A stretch of 64,000 nt of DNA, from assembly GCA_963848295.1 (NCBI GenBank), contig CAWKDB010000010.1, positions 96,001 through 160,000 on the forward strand. Reading direction: 5' to 3'. A program made the translations under genes and the position numbers. Under the pieces are notes generated by a model. That model made no database searches, was not told the origin of the DNA, and worked only from the letters and a program-made list of their open reading frames with translations. The DNA comes from an uncultured delta proteobacterium. GTDB lineage: Bacteria > Myxococcota_A > Polyangia > Haliangiales > Haliangiaceae. Shown here in pieces: positions 49,136 to 59,016 of the stretch (within the stretch, counting starts at the first letter, position 1; the number at the start of each line of letters is the position of its first letter).

Positions 49136-50430
49136 CTCCGGCGCTTCGCGATCAAGTCGTTGAGATACGAGCGCGTCATCCGCGCCATCCGCGCGGCGGC
49201 CGAGACGTTGCCCCCGGCGCGCTGCAGCAACGCATCGAGGTAGCGTGCCTCGAATGCGTCGAGCACCTGCGCGCGCGCGTCCTTGTATGGCAGTGACAGA
49301 TCGGCCGCTACGGCGAGCTCGGCGCGGTCAGTGGTGGTGGGCGCGGGCGCGCCGATCGATGGCGCCTCGCCCATCGCGACCGCGGCGTCGACGAGGTTGC
49401 GCAGCTCGCGGACGTTGCCCGCGAAGTGGTAACCGGACAGCGCGTCCATCGCCTGCGGCGAGATCAGCGCCGCGACCGGCTGGTCCCATCCGGCGTCGCG
49501 CAAGAAATGCTCGACCAGCGCCGGGATATCGTCAGGCCGCTCACGCAACGGCGGCAGCCACAACGTCACGACCGCGAGCCGGTAGAACAGGTCGAGGCGA
49601 AATCCGCCGCGGTTGACCTCGGCGCGCAGGTCGCGATGGGTCGCCGCGACGACGCGGACATCGACCGGGAGCTCGTTGCGGCTGCCGAGCCGACGCACGC
49701 GCCGGCGCTCGAGCACACCGAGTAACGTCGATTGCACCGCCGGTTGCAGCTCGCCGATCTCGTCGAGAAACAGCGTGCCGCCCTGCGCCGCTTCGAACGC
49801 GCCTACGTGCTGGCGATCCGCGCCGGTAAACGCTCCGCGCTCGTGACCGAACAGCTCGCTCGCGATCAACGTCGGTGGCAGCGAACCGCAATCGACCGTG
49901 ACGAACGGCTTACCCGCGCGCGGGCCGAGGTCGTGCAACGCACGCGCGACGAGCTCTTTGCCCGTGCCGCTCTCGCCGGTCACCAGCACCGACACGTCGC
50001 TGCGCGCGGCCCTCGCGACTTGCGCCATCAACCGGCGCATCCCGGGCGATCGGCCGATGAGGCCTGCGAGCGATTCGCCGCCGTGGATCTCGACCTCGAC
50101 CGGCGCGGCGTCGCCGACCCGCAGCGTGGAGTCGCCGACGCGCAGCAGCGTCCCCGGCGGCACGATCGCGCGCTCGATCCGCAACGTCCCGAAGAACGTG
50201 CCGTTCGTCGAGCCGTGGTCGACGACCGCGATCCCGCCGACCGCCGGGCGGAGCTCGACGTGGAACCGCGAGACCGCTGGATCGGTGAGCCGCAACCCGC
50301 TGCCCTCCGCGGTGCCGATCGTGACCTCGTCGCCGGAGGCGCGCTGGCCAGCGTCCGGGCCGGCCTCGATCTCGACCATGACACTGCGCACGGGCAGGTG
50401 CGCGATCTCGCGACGAACCGTCTCATCCAC
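49132..50430 (-). CDS. FHA-domain sigma54-dependent enhancer-binding protein
   Basis: [14 protein letters not shown] (FHA); [27 protein letters not shown], Fis HTH; start could be 50451. Confidence 0.94.
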   Translation of the reverse strand: MDETVRREIAHLPVRSVMVEIEAGPDAGQRASGDEVTIGTAEGSGLRLTDPAVSRFHVELRPAVGGIAVVDHGSTNGTFFGTLRIERAIVPPGTLLRVGDSTLRVGDAAPVEVEIHGGESLAGLIGRSPGMRRLMAQVARAARSDVSVLVTGESGTGKELVARALHDLGPRAGKPFVTVDCGSLPPTLIASELFGHERGAFTGADRQHVGAFEAAQGGTLFLDEIGELQPAVQSTLLGVLERRRVRRLGSRNELPVDVRVVAATHRDLRAEVNRGGFRLDLFYRLAVVTLWLPPLRERPDDIPALVEHFLRDAGWDQPVAALISPQAMDALSGYHFAGNVRELRNLVDAAVAMGEAPSIGAPAPTTTDRAELAVAADLSLPYKDARAQVLDAFEARYLDALLQRAGGNVSAAARMARMTRSYLNDLIAKRRS

Positions 50431-50531
50431 CGGCCGGTTGTACCGCATCACGTGCCCGGGCCGGCGGTCGCTGTCCGGGGGACCGGACAGCTCGAGCGAC
50501 CGGCAGCCGGCTTCATTCGCCCACCTAGGCG

Positions 50532-50547
50532 CGGCACGGCGGTCGCA
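50532..50547 (+). promoter_or_regulatory. Putative sigma54 promoter
   Basis: CGGCACGGCGGTCGCA = GG-N10-GC, 12 nt before ATG 50560. Confidence 0.6.
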
Positions 50548-50559
50548 ACAACGGTCGCC

Positions 50560-51453
50560 ATGTTCAAGCTCATCGCGATCACCGCGTGTCTCGCAGGCTG
50601 CGGGGTCGAACCGGGATCGGGTGGATCGGGAACCGGGTTGGGCTCGGGATCGGGCTCCGATGCAGACGGCTTCACGACGCTCGTCAGCTCGTCATGGACA
50701 CTACCTGCATCGACCGAGCAATACCTGTGCGTGCGGCTGACCATACAGGCGGACACGTACATCAGCGCGATCAAGCCGATGTCGCCGGCTGGCACGCATC
50801 ACTCGGTCTTGATGGCTGGTCCGTCGGACGGCCAGCCGGATGGCACGACGCAATGCGATAGCACGCTCAGCCGACCGTCGATCTATGCCTCGGGCGTCGG
50901 GACCGACGAGCTCGACTTGCCCGACGGCGTCGCGATTCACCTCACGCCGGGCGAGCAGCTCTTGCTCAACCTCCACTTGTTCAACGCCACCGACGGCGAA
51001 ATGACCGGCACATCCGGCATTCAGATCGCCGAGGTCGATGCATCCGATGTCCAGCATGTCGCCGGCGTCTTGCTCGCGGGCAAGGCGAAGGGCTTGGTCG
51101 TCGTTCCGGACGCGAGCACGCAGACCGGGACATGCACGACCCCCGACGGCATGACGATGTTCGCCGCGGCGCCGCACATGCACTTGCTCGGCACGTACTT
51201 GACCGCGACGTACACGCCGCCCGGTGGGCAACCGCAGACATTGATCGATCAGAGCTACTCGTTCGATGCTCAGAAGTACGTCATGCAAACGCCCGAGGTC
51301 GTGACCCAGGCCGGAGGCCAATACGCGATCACGTGCAGCTACTTCAACCCGTCGCCCGAAAACGTGTACTTCGGCGAATCGACGACCGACGAAATGTGCT
51401 TCGCGCTGACGATGGTCTACCCGGTACAACCGAACGACGAGTGCACGAACTAG
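50560..51453 (+). CDS. Copper type II ascorbate-dependent monooxygenase-like (PHM-like) lipoprotein
   Basis: LAGC lipobox; THHSVL, NLHLFN, PHMHLLG, DEMCF copper-ligand pattern. Confidence 0.85.
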   Translation: MFKLIAITACLAGCGVEPGSGGSGTGLGSGSGSDADGFTTLVSSSWTLPASTEQYLCVRLTIQADTYISAIKPMSPAGTHHSVLMAGPSDGQPDGTTQCDSTLSRPSIYASGVGTDELDLPDGVAIHLTPGEQLLLNLHLFNATDGEMTGTSGIQIAEVDASDVQHVAGVLLAGKAKGLVVVPDASTQTGTCTTPDGMTMFAAAPHMHLLGTYLTATYTPPGGQPQTLIDQSYSFDAQKYVMQTPEVVTQAGGQYAITCSYFNPSPENVYFGESTTDEMCFALTMVYPVQPNDECTN

Positions 51454-51557
51454 CGACGGTCGGACCCAGCGCTGACCGAGGAGTACGCGACGCTGCTGTG
51501 AGACGCGTTTTCGACCCGGACGGCCGCATTGCGATCGCCGGCAGCGTACCGTAGGCC

Positions 51558-54254
51558 ATGCCTCGTTCGATCTGGGTCGCATGCATGTTGGCCGCGTGCG
51601 CGAGCTCGCCGCCGCCGACTCGCCCGGTGCCCGCGACCGCGCCGGTAGCCGCGCTTGATCCGACGATGCCGGCGCTCCGGTTGCCGCGGTATTTCACGCC
51701 GACTCGCTACGTCGCGACGCTCGCGATCGATCCCGCGGCGCCGACGTTTCACGGCCACATCGAGATCACCGGCGCGCTGGCGCAACGCGCCGCCGTGATC
51801 TGGCTGCACGGCGAGCACCTCGCGATCGCGGATGCGACGATCTCGAACGGACGCGATCGGGTGGCGGCGACGGTGACGGCGCGCGGCGACGATCTGCTCG
51901 AGGTCCGGCCCGCGACGCCGCTCGAAGCCGGGCCGTGGACGGTCGCGATCACCTATGACGGCACGATCGTCGACCCCGGCTACGTCGGCGCATTCCGCTC
52001 GCGCATCGGCAACGACGCGTACGTCGCGACCCAGTTCGAGTCGACGACCGCGCGCCTGGTGTTTCCGTGCATCGACGAGCCCGATCGCAAGACCGTGTGG
52101 CAGCTCTCGCTCGACGTGCCCGCGAGCCTCGTCGCGGTGTCGAACACGCACATCGTCGCGCGCACCCCGCTCGGCGACGGCAAGGTCCACGTCGAGTTCG
52201 CGCCGACCCGGCCGCTGCCGAGTTACCTCGTCGCCTTCGCGGTCGGCCCGTACGACGTCGTCGACGCCGGCAGGAGCAAGAGCGGGCTACCGATCCACGT
52301 CTACGCGATGCGCGGCGAGGCCGCGCGCGTGGCGGTGATGGTCGAGGTCATGCCGAAGATCGTCGACGCGCTCGAGGCGTGGTTCGGCACGAAGTTCCCG
52401 TACGACAAGCTCGATCTCGTCCCGGTCCCGTCGCTGCGCGGTGCGGCGATGGAGAACGCCGGGATGATCGTCGCGGACTGGCGCGACTTCGAGACCGATC
52501 CTGCGCATCCGTCTGCGCTCGCCCGGCACGACATCGTGAACCTGTTCGGCCACGAGACCGCGCACCAGTGGTTCGGTGATCTCGTCACCGCCGCGTGGTG
52601 GGACGACCTCTGGCTCAACGAGAGCTTCGCGACGTGGATGGAACCGAAGGTCGAAGAGGCGATCGATCCGTCTTGGCACTCGGTCGACGAGTACGTCGTC
52701 ATGCGTAACAACGCGTTCAACCTCGACCGGCTCGTCAGCGCGCGCAAGATTCGCCAACCGATCGTCAGCGCCGCCGACATCCACAACGCGTTCGACGCGA
52801 TCACGTACCCCAAGGGCGGCGCCGTCTTGCGGATGTTCGAGCTCGCGATCGGCCCGGACGTCTTCCAGCGGGGCATTCGCGCCTATCTCGCGAGTCACGC
52901 CGATGGCAACGCGACGGTCGTCGATCTCATCGCCTCGCTCGAGCATGCCGCCGGCGCTCCGATCGGCCCGGCGCTGTCGACGTTCGTCGATCAACCCGGC
53001 GTGCCCACGCTCGAGATGACGCTCGCATGCGGCGACGGACCGCCGAAGCTGCGCATCACGCAGCATCGCGACCTGCTCGCCGGGTCTCCCGCGCCGAGCT
53101 CGCCGAGTGTGCCGTGGCAAGTCCCGGTGTGCGTCGCGTTCCCGCGCGCCGACCATTCGCGCGGTCGCAGTTGTACGACGTTGACCGGACCGAGCGGTGA
53201 GCTCGCGCTCGATACGACGGGCTGCCCGGCGTGGATCCTGCCGAACGCCGCGAATGGCTACTACCGATCTGCGCTCGCCCCTGCGCTGGTCACGGCGCTC
53301 CGCGATCTGGCGTGGCCGCAGCTGACGATGCCCGAGAAGCTGATCGTGCTCGAAGATGCGCGCGCCGCAGCGCTCGACGGCACGCTGCCCGTCGCAGTGC
53401 TCGGCTCGTTGGTGCCCAAGATGCTCGAGACTCGCGACCGGTTTGCGGTGGCGGCGGCGTTGGGCGACGTCGAGCTGCTCGGCTGGGTCCGCGGCCTACC
53501 CGCCGGCCTCGCCGAAGCGACTCCAGATGACCTGCGAGCTGTGCAGCGTGCGAAGGTGCGCGCGTCGATCGCGCCCCTGGTCAAGCAACTCGGCCTGGTC
53601 GCCTCGGCTCACGACGATGTCGACGCCGAGATGAACCGGCGCAGCGTGCTCGCGACCGCCTTGCTCGTGGGCGAACCGGCGAGCGAAGCGGCCGCGACCC
53701 GACGGATCGAGCACTATCGCGAGCTGCCGCACTCGAGCCGCGCGATCATCCTCGGCCTCGCCGCGAACGCGAGCCCGGCGATCGATGCGCGCCTGCGCGC
53801 CGACGCGGTCCACGAGACCGACCCGCTCGTGCGCCAAGATCTGTGGATGGCGGTGGGCGCGGTGCGCGACCCGAAGCGACGCGCCACGTTGCTCGCGCTC
53901 GTGCTCGGTCCCGACACGACCTCGGAGGATAGCTACCCGCTGTTGTTCGACCGCGATCCCGACGTCCGTGCCGAGACGGCCGCGTGGTTGCGCGCTCACG
54001 TCGCGGAGGTCTTGAAGCGGTTCCCGGCGAGCGCGGATGAAGACTTCCCGAGAGCACCGGGGCTGGCGGAGATCTTCACCCGAGCCTGCGACGCGGCACA
54101 TCGCGACGACATCGCGCGCTACGTGACAGCGACCTTCGGTTCGCTCGCGAACGGCGCACGGCCGGTCGCCCAGTTCGTCGAGCAGATGGACCAATGCATC
54201 GCGACCAAGCGCCGGCTCGACGCGAGCTTCCGCGCCTGGCTCGGAGCCAAGTGA
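51558..54254 (+). CDS. M1-family aminopeptidase lipoprotein (ERAP1-like C-terminus)
   Basis: TQFE, FPCIDEP, AAMENAG, HETAHQWFG..WLNE, ITYPKG. Confidence 0.95.
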   Translation: MPRSIWVACMLAACASSPPPTRPVPATAPVAALDPTMPALRLPRYFTPTRYVATLAIDPAAPTFHGHIEITGALAQRAAVIWLHGEHLAIADATISNGRDRVAATVTARGDDLLEVRPATPLEAGPWTVAITYDGTIVDPGYVGAFRSRIGNDAYVATQFESTTARLVFPCIDEPDRKTVWQLSLDVPASLVAVSNTHIVARTPLGDGKVHVEFAPTRPLPSYLVAFAVGPYDVVDAGRSKSGLPIHVYAMRGEAARVAVMVEVMPKIVDALEAWFGTKFPYDKLDLVPVPSLRGAAMENAGMIVADWRDFETDPAHPSALARHDIVNLFGHETAHQWFGDLVTAAWWDDLWLNESFATWMEPKVEEAIDPSWHSVDEYVVMRNNAFNLDRLVSARKIRQPIVSAADIHNAFDAITYPKGGAVLRMFELAIGPDVFQRGIRAYLASHADGNATVVDLIASLEHAAGAPIGPALSTFVDQPGVPTLEMTLACGDGPPKLRITQHRDLLAGSPAPSSPSVPWQVPVCVAFPRADHSRGRSCTTLTGPSGELALDTTGCPAWILPNAANGYYRSALAPALVTALRDLAWPQLTMPEKLIVLEDARAAALDGTLPVAVLGSLVPKMLETRDRFAVAAALGDVELLGWVRGLPAGLAEATPDDLRAVQRAKVRASIAPLVKQLGLVASAHDDVDAEMNRRSVLATALLVGEPASEAAATRRIEHYRELPHSSRAIILGLAANASPAIDARLRADAVHETDPLVRQDLWMAVGAVRDPKRRATLLALVLGPDTTSEDSYPLLFDRDPDVRAETAAWLRAHVAEVLKRFPASADEDFPRAPGLAEIFTRACDAAHRDDIARYVTATFGSLANGARPVAQFVEQMDQCIATKRRLDASFRAWLGAK

Positions 54255-54866
54255 TCACGGCGGAGCCAGCACCGTCACGAGCGTCGGGCCGAGCCGATCG
54301 ATCGCGACCGGTAGCTCGAGCTCGAATGCAGTCGCGAGCCCGAGCGCGGTGACGACGAGCAGATCGCCGAGGGCGCGACTGTCGAGATCAGCGCGCAATG
54401 TCCCGGCCTCTCGATCGTGCTCGAGCGCGAGCGCGAGCCGATCGCGCGCGTGCAACAGCAGGCCGCGATACGCGTCGCCGACCTTGGTCGACCGCCGACA
54501 CGCATCGAGCACGTGCTGCATGCGCAAGCCGCGGCCTCCGAAGACCACAGGCGAACGCGCGCTCGCCGCCGCGAAGTACAGCTGGATCACGCGCTGGATC
54601 CCGGCGGTCGGCACCGCGGTGAGCGCCGCGACGAACCCGGTCAACAACTGATCCATCACCGCGATGATGAAGTCGTTGCGATCGGCGAAGTGGACATAGA
54701 ACGCGCCTCGCGTCACCCCGGCCCGCTCGCAGATCGCATCCAGGCTGACATCGAGCCCCTCGCCGTCGAACGCCGCGATGCCCGCGCGGATCAGCGCCGC
54801 ACGCGTGGCGGCCTTGGCCTCGTCGCGCGACGGCTTGGCCATGGACTTGCGGGGGCGGCTGCGCAT
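54255..54866 (-). CDS. TetR/AcrR-family regulator
   Basis: TRAALIRAG..SLDAICERAGVTRGAFYVHF; start could be 54842. Confidence 0.92.
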   Translation of the reverse strand: MRSRPRKSMAKPSRDEAKAATRAALIRAGIAAFDGEGLDVSLDAICERAGVTRGAFYVHFADRNDFIIAVMDQLLTGFVAALTAVPTAGIQRVIQLYFAAASARSPVVFGGRGLRMQHVLDACRRSTKVGDAYRGLLLHARDRLALALEHDREAGTLRADLDSRALGDLLVVTALGLATAFELELPVAIDRLGPTLVTVLAPP

Positions 54867-54874
54867 TTCGTTTG

Positions 54875-54925
54875 ACATACCACTTCGTATGTGGGAATCC
54901 AAGCCCACATACGAAGCCGTATGTG
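54875..54925. promoter_or_regulatory. Two TetR operator palindromes
   Basis: ACATAC-N6-GTATGT at 54875-54892 and 54907-54924; the first overlaps TTGACA at 54872-54877. Confidence 0.8.
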
Positions 54926-54942
54926 AGATCAGGAGCCGGTAC

Positions 54943-55824
54943 ATGACCTCGTTCATCCTCGTCACTGGAGCCAGCTCGGGCATCGGCCGCGACGCCACGC
55001 TCGCGCTCGCCCGCCTGGGTCACCACGTCATCGCCACCGGTCGCCGTATCGCGGCGGTCGAGGCGTTGTGCGCGCGGGCCGCGCCCGGCCGGATCACGCC
55101 GCTTCATCTCGACCTCGACGATCCGGCGAGCATCGCGGCTGCGGCGACCGAGGTCGAGCGGATCACCGCCGGCTACGGGCTCGACGTGCTCGTCAACAAC
55201 GCGGGGTTCGCGACCGCCGGCGCGCTCGCCGAGCTGTGCGATGCGGATCTGCGCAAGCAGTTCGAGACCAACGTGTTCGGGCTGATGGCGATCACGCGCG
55301 CGATATTGCCGGCGATGATCGCGCGCGGCCGCGGGCGCGTGATCAACGTGTCGAGTGTGAGCGGCCTCATCCCGGCGCCGGTGCTCGGCGCGTATCACGC
55401 GAGCAAGTACGCGCTCGAAGCGCTCTCGGATGCGCTGCGCATGGAGCTCCACCCGTTCGGTGTTCAGGTCGCGATCGTCGAGCCGGGGACGATCCGGACC
55501 GAGTTCGCGTCGCGGACGCTCGGCGAGGCCACGCGATCGCGCACCGCTGGTAGCCGCTACGCCGCGGTCTACGCGCGCGCGGGCTCGATCGAAGCGAAGT
55601 TCGATCGGATCGCGAGCACGACCGCGCCGGTCGTTCGCGCGATCGTCCATGCGGCGACCACGCGCCGCGCGCGTCGTCGCTACATCGCGCCGCGACGGTT
55701 CGCGCTCGGCGTCGCGCTCGTCCGGATCTTGCCGATGTGCTGGTTCGACGCCGCGATGCGCCGGATCTTTGGCCTGACGCGCGCGGGCTTGCTGCCGCCG
55801 CCTACGCCGCGCCAGCTCGTGTGA
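54943..55824 (+). CDS. SDR-family oxidoreductase
   Basis: TGASSGIG, LVNNAG, NVSS, YHASK, VEPG; AGGAG RBS. Confidence 0.94.
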   Translation: MTSFILVTGASSGIGRDATLALARLGHHVIATGRRIAAVEALCARAAPGRITPLHLDLDDPASIAAAATEVERITAGYGLDVLVNNAGFATAGALAELCDADLRKQFETNVFGLMAITRAILPAMIARGRGRVINVSSVSGLIPAPVLGAYHASKYALEALSDALRMELHPFGVQVAIVEPGTIRTEFASRTLGEATRSRTAGSRYAAVYARAGSIEAKFDRIASTTAPVVRAIVHAATTRRARRRYIAPRRFALGVALVRILPMCWFDAAMRRIFGLTRAGLLPPPTPRQLV

Positions 55825-55887
55825 TCTCGGCCCGAATCCGGCGCAGGCTCGGCTCGAGCTCGACCGACGCTGTTACCATCGCCGGCG

Positions 55888-56478
55888 ATGAACCGGTGGC
55901 TCGTTCCGATCGTGCTCGCGCTCGCGAGCTGTGCTTCGACCATGACCCGCGGCGGCGGCGGCGGCGGCTACACCGACGTCACGGTCGGCGGAGGTCCGAC
56001 CGTCCCGTCCGACACCCAGATCGTCATGCCGAACCTGGTCGGCAAGACCTTCGACGAGGCGGTCAAGCTCTGCAAAGCGGCCGGCTTCGTGCTGCCGCCG
56101 GAGACCGGTCGGGCGCCCGATTGCGACGAGAGCGCACCGAAGGTCGACGGCAAGATTCGCTGCCAAGATCCCGACGCCGGAGCCAAGGTCGGATCGCACG
56201 CGCTGATCGAGCTCAGCATCTACAAGACTCCGCCGCGCACCAACATCTCCGCGGAGGAGGCTGATTCGCTGATCGGCAAGATGCCCGACGTCGGCAAGAA
56301 GATGCTCGCCGGCTGGGGCTTCCGCGGAAAGATCCGCACGCAGAGCGCGGGCACCGGCAACCGCCGCTGTAGCGCCGGCCAGATCTGCGAGATCATGCCG
56401 TCCGCGCCGTTCGGCCTCGATGAAGAAATCTCGTTCGCCATCGCAGACGCGCTCAAGATCACCGCGCCCCCGCCATAA
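55888..56478 (+). CDS. PASTA-domain lipoprotein
   Basis: LASC lipobox; VMPNLVGKTFDEAVKL..AGF..IRCQDPDAG. Confidence 0.78.
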   Translation: MNRWLVPIVLALASCASTMTRGGGGGGYTDVTVGGGPTVPSDTQIVMPNLVGKTFDEAVKLCKAAGFVLPPETGRAPDCDESAPKVDGKIRCQDPDAGAKVGSHALIELSIYKTPPRTNISAEEADSLIGKMPDVGKKMLAGWGFRGKIRTQSAGTGNRRCSAGQICEIMPSAPFGLDEEISFAIADALKITAPPP

Positions 56479-56493
56479 TTTCAGCTACCTACC

Positions 56494-56545
56494 TGGGGAC
56501 GGTGTTCACTTTGACAACCGGTTGTCAAAGTGAACACCGTCCCCA
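56494..56545. repeat. Perfect 52-bp palindrome (REPIN/MITE-like, copy 1)
   Basis: TGGGGACGGTGTTCACTTTGACAACC|GGTTGTCAAAGTGAACACCGTCCCCA. Confidence 0.9.
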
Positions 56546-56547
56546 CC

Positions 56548-56575
56548 GTAACCGATCAGGCGTCAGGCTCGTAGT
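56548..56575 (+). promoter_or_regulatory. Putative ECF promoter of msrB
   Basis: GTAACC-N16-CGTAGT upstream of AGGAGG RBS. Confidence 0.55.
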
Positions 56576-56593
56576 ACAGGGCAGGAGGTCGTC

Positions 56594-57142
56594 ATGTTGT
56601 CTCGGCTCACCATCGCTACCCTCGCCGCCCTTGGTTTCGCGTGTGGTTCGCCATACGCCGACGCGGACACCAGCAAGGCCGCCCTGACCGTGCATCCGAT
56701 GCGCACGCAGAAGCCGTCCGATGAGGTGATCCGCAGGGAGCTCAACGACCTGCAATACGACGTCACGCAACGCGATGGCACCGAGCCGCCGTTTCACAAC
56801 GCGTATTGGGATAACCACGCCGCCGGCATCTACGTCGACATCGTGACCGGCGAGCCGCTGTTCAGCTCGACGAACAAGTTCGACTCGGGGACCGGGTGGC
56901 CGAGCTTCTATCAAACGATCGGCCCGAACGTGCTGCAAGAGAAGCACGACGGCACGCACGGCATGGATCGCGAAGAGGTCCGCAGCAAGATCGGCAACTC
57001 GCACCTCGGCCACGTGTTCGACGACGGCCCGCGACCGACCGGGTTGCGCTACTGCATCAACTCGGCGGCGATCCGGTTCGTGCCAGTCGACCAGCTCGCG
57101 GCGCAGGGCTACTCGCAGTACGCGTCGCTGTTCAAGAAGTAA
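56594..57142 (+). CDS. msrB: Peptide-methionine (R)-S-oxide reductase, exported
   Basis: [34 protein letters not shown]-terminal signal/lipobox; no Zn CxxC motifs. Confidence 0.95.
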   Translation: MLSRLTIATLAALGFACGSPYADADTSKAALTVHPMRTQKPSDEVIRRELNDLQYDVTQRDGTEPPFHNAYWDNHAAGIYVDIVTGEPLFSSTNKFDSGTGWPSFYQTIGPNVLQEKHDGTHGMDREEVRSKIGNSHLGHVFDDGPRPTGLRYCINSAAIRFVPVDQLAAQGYSQYASLFKK

Positions 57143-57203
57143 GCAACCGACCGGTGGGCGGCCGCGCGCAACCCGCCGCGCCCGGCTACAATCAGGGTCG
57201 GAG

Positions 57204-58982
57204 ATGGGCCGCGCGAATGACTCGGGCGCTTCCGACAGGGATGCCGGGTCGCGCCGTCCGGCGACCGCAGACCCGACGGTCCACGATCGCCCCGCAAGCG
57301 AGCTCGGCGCGACCGATGCAGATGCCGTCGTGCCCGATCGCGAGACGATCGTCGACCGACCTCGCAGCACCGCGCCGATCACGCCGTCCTCGGCCGCTGC
57401 GAGCTCGCGCGCGAGCCCAGTGCCGGCGACCGCGATCGCGACCGCCGCGGATGCGATGCACGACGAAGAGGTGTTTCGGCTCCGCCTGTTCATCCGCATC
57501 GGTTGGCTCGCGAGCATCGCCGGCCTCGCCGCGGTTCCGTTCGTCGCGGGCGAGCCTCACGTCACGGTCGCGTACATCGCGGCGCTCGTGATCGGCATGA
57601 TCGTCAGCTTCTACTACCACCAGGCGTTTCGCGATCCGCGGCGCTACACCGACCGGTCGATGGGCGTGCTCGGTGTCATGTCGATGTTCAACTCGCACGT
57701 CGCGATCCTGTTCTTCGGCGCATTCACGATGGCGCCGCTGCTCGGCGTCGTCGGCTTGCACTTCATCGGGCGCAGCGAGCTCGCGTCGCGACGAGCGGTG
57801 TACCTGACCGCCGCGTTGTCACACGGCGCGATCGCGATCGGCCTGATCGTGTTCGCGTTGCCCGATCCCGGGGTGTTCGCGACCGCGCGGCCGCTCGGGG
57901 CGAGCAGCTACTTGATCGCCGCGCTCTACGTCCAAGCCGCGTACGCGCTCGCCTACGCGACCGGCAAGATCCAGCGCCAGGTCTCGTTGCGATCGATCGG
58001 CCAGCTGCAACGAGCGACTCGGATCGCGTCGCAACGCGCCGCCTTGCTCGATGAGCTGCGCGCGGATCTCGAGCGCGCGCAGCATGCCGACGCGGGCCGC
58101 TATACCGGCCAGATCCTCGGCGGCTACAAGCTCGGGAGCATCATCGGCCGCGGCGCGCACGGCGAGGTCTACGACGCGCTCCACGTGGACACCGACGCGC
58201 CTGCCGCGGTCAAGCTGCTGCACCGCGAGCACCTCGCCGACCCGACGACGGTGGCGCGCTTCGTTCGCGAGGTTCGCGCGACCGCCGCGGTCAGCTCTCC
58301 GCACATCGTGCGCGTGCTCGCGACGAGCGAGGCCGAGGCCGCGCTGCCGTTCCTCGCGATGGAGAAGCTCGACGGCGCGACGCTCGCCGAGAAGTTACGC
58401 CGCACCCCCACGCTCCCCGCCGACGACGTGCTCGCGCTCGTCACGCAGGTCGGCGCCGCGATCGACGACGCCACCGCCACCGGGGTCGTTCACCGCGATC
58501 TCAAGCCGCAGAACCTGTTCGTCGCCGGCACGAGCTGGAAGGTGCTCGACTTTGGCGTCGCCGCGCTCGGCGAGCAGACCGGTACGCTGACTCGCGGCGG
58601 CATCGTCGGCACGCCTCACTACATGGCGCCCGAGCAAGCGCGCGGCGCCGCCGTCGACTACCGCGCCGACCTCTACGCGCTCGGCGCGATCGCGTATCGC
58701 GCGCTCACCGGTCGCAACCCGTTCGCGGGCAGCGACACGCCGACGATCCTCTACGCGGTGGTCCACACGATGCCGGTCGCGCCGTCGACGCTCGCCGAGC
58801 TGCCCGCCGATGTCGATCGCTGGGCCGCACTCGCACTCGCGAAGAATCCCGCCGATCGGTGGCAATCGGGCGCCGCGCTCGCGACTCATCTCCGCGCCGC
58901 GCTCGCCGGCACCCTCGATGCGGAGTCGATCGCCGCGGCCGCGCGCGTGCTGGCGGCGGCGCCGTGGCGGAGCGCGACGTGA
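57204..58982 (+). CDS. Ser/Thr kinase with N-terminal multi-TM domain (paralog 1)
   Basis: About 5-6 TMs, then GRGAHGEVY, AVKLL, HRDLKPQN, DFG, YMAPE. Confidence 0.92.
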   Translation: MGRANDSGASDRDAGSRRPATADPTVHDRPASELGATDADAVVPDRETIVDRPRSTAPITPSSAAASSRASPVPATAIATAADAMHDEEVFRLRLFIRIGWLASIAGLAAVPFVAGEPHVTVAYIAALVIGMIVSFYYHQAFRDPRRYTDRSMGVLGVMSMFNSHVAILFFGAFTMAPLLGVVGLHFIGRSELASRRAVYLTAALSHGAIAIGLIVFALPDPGVFATARPLGASSYLIAALYVQAAYALAYATGKIQRQVSLRSIGQLQRATRIASQRAALLDELRADLERAQHADAGRYTGQILGGYKLGSIIGRGAHGEVYDALHVDTDAPAAVKLLHREHLADPTTVARFVREVRATAAVSSPHIVRVLATSEAEAALPFLAMEKLDGATLAEKLRRTPTLPADDVLALVTQVGAAIDDATATGVVHRDLKPQNLFVAGTSWKVLDFGVAALGEQTGTLTRGGIVGTPHYMAPEQARGAAVDYRADLYALGAIAYRALTGRNPFAGSDTPTILYAVVHTMPVAPSTLAELPADVDRWAALALAKNPADRWQSGAALATHLRAALAGTLDAESIAAAARVLAAAPWRSAT

Positions 58983-59016
58983 GGTCGCCGCTCGAACGAT
59001 TCGCGGAGATCGCGTA

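Noticed and set aside
56594..57142. Selenoprotein MsrB given the nearby tRNA-Sec
   Set aside because: Catalytic residue is Cys (TGC in RYCINS) and there is no in-frame TGA
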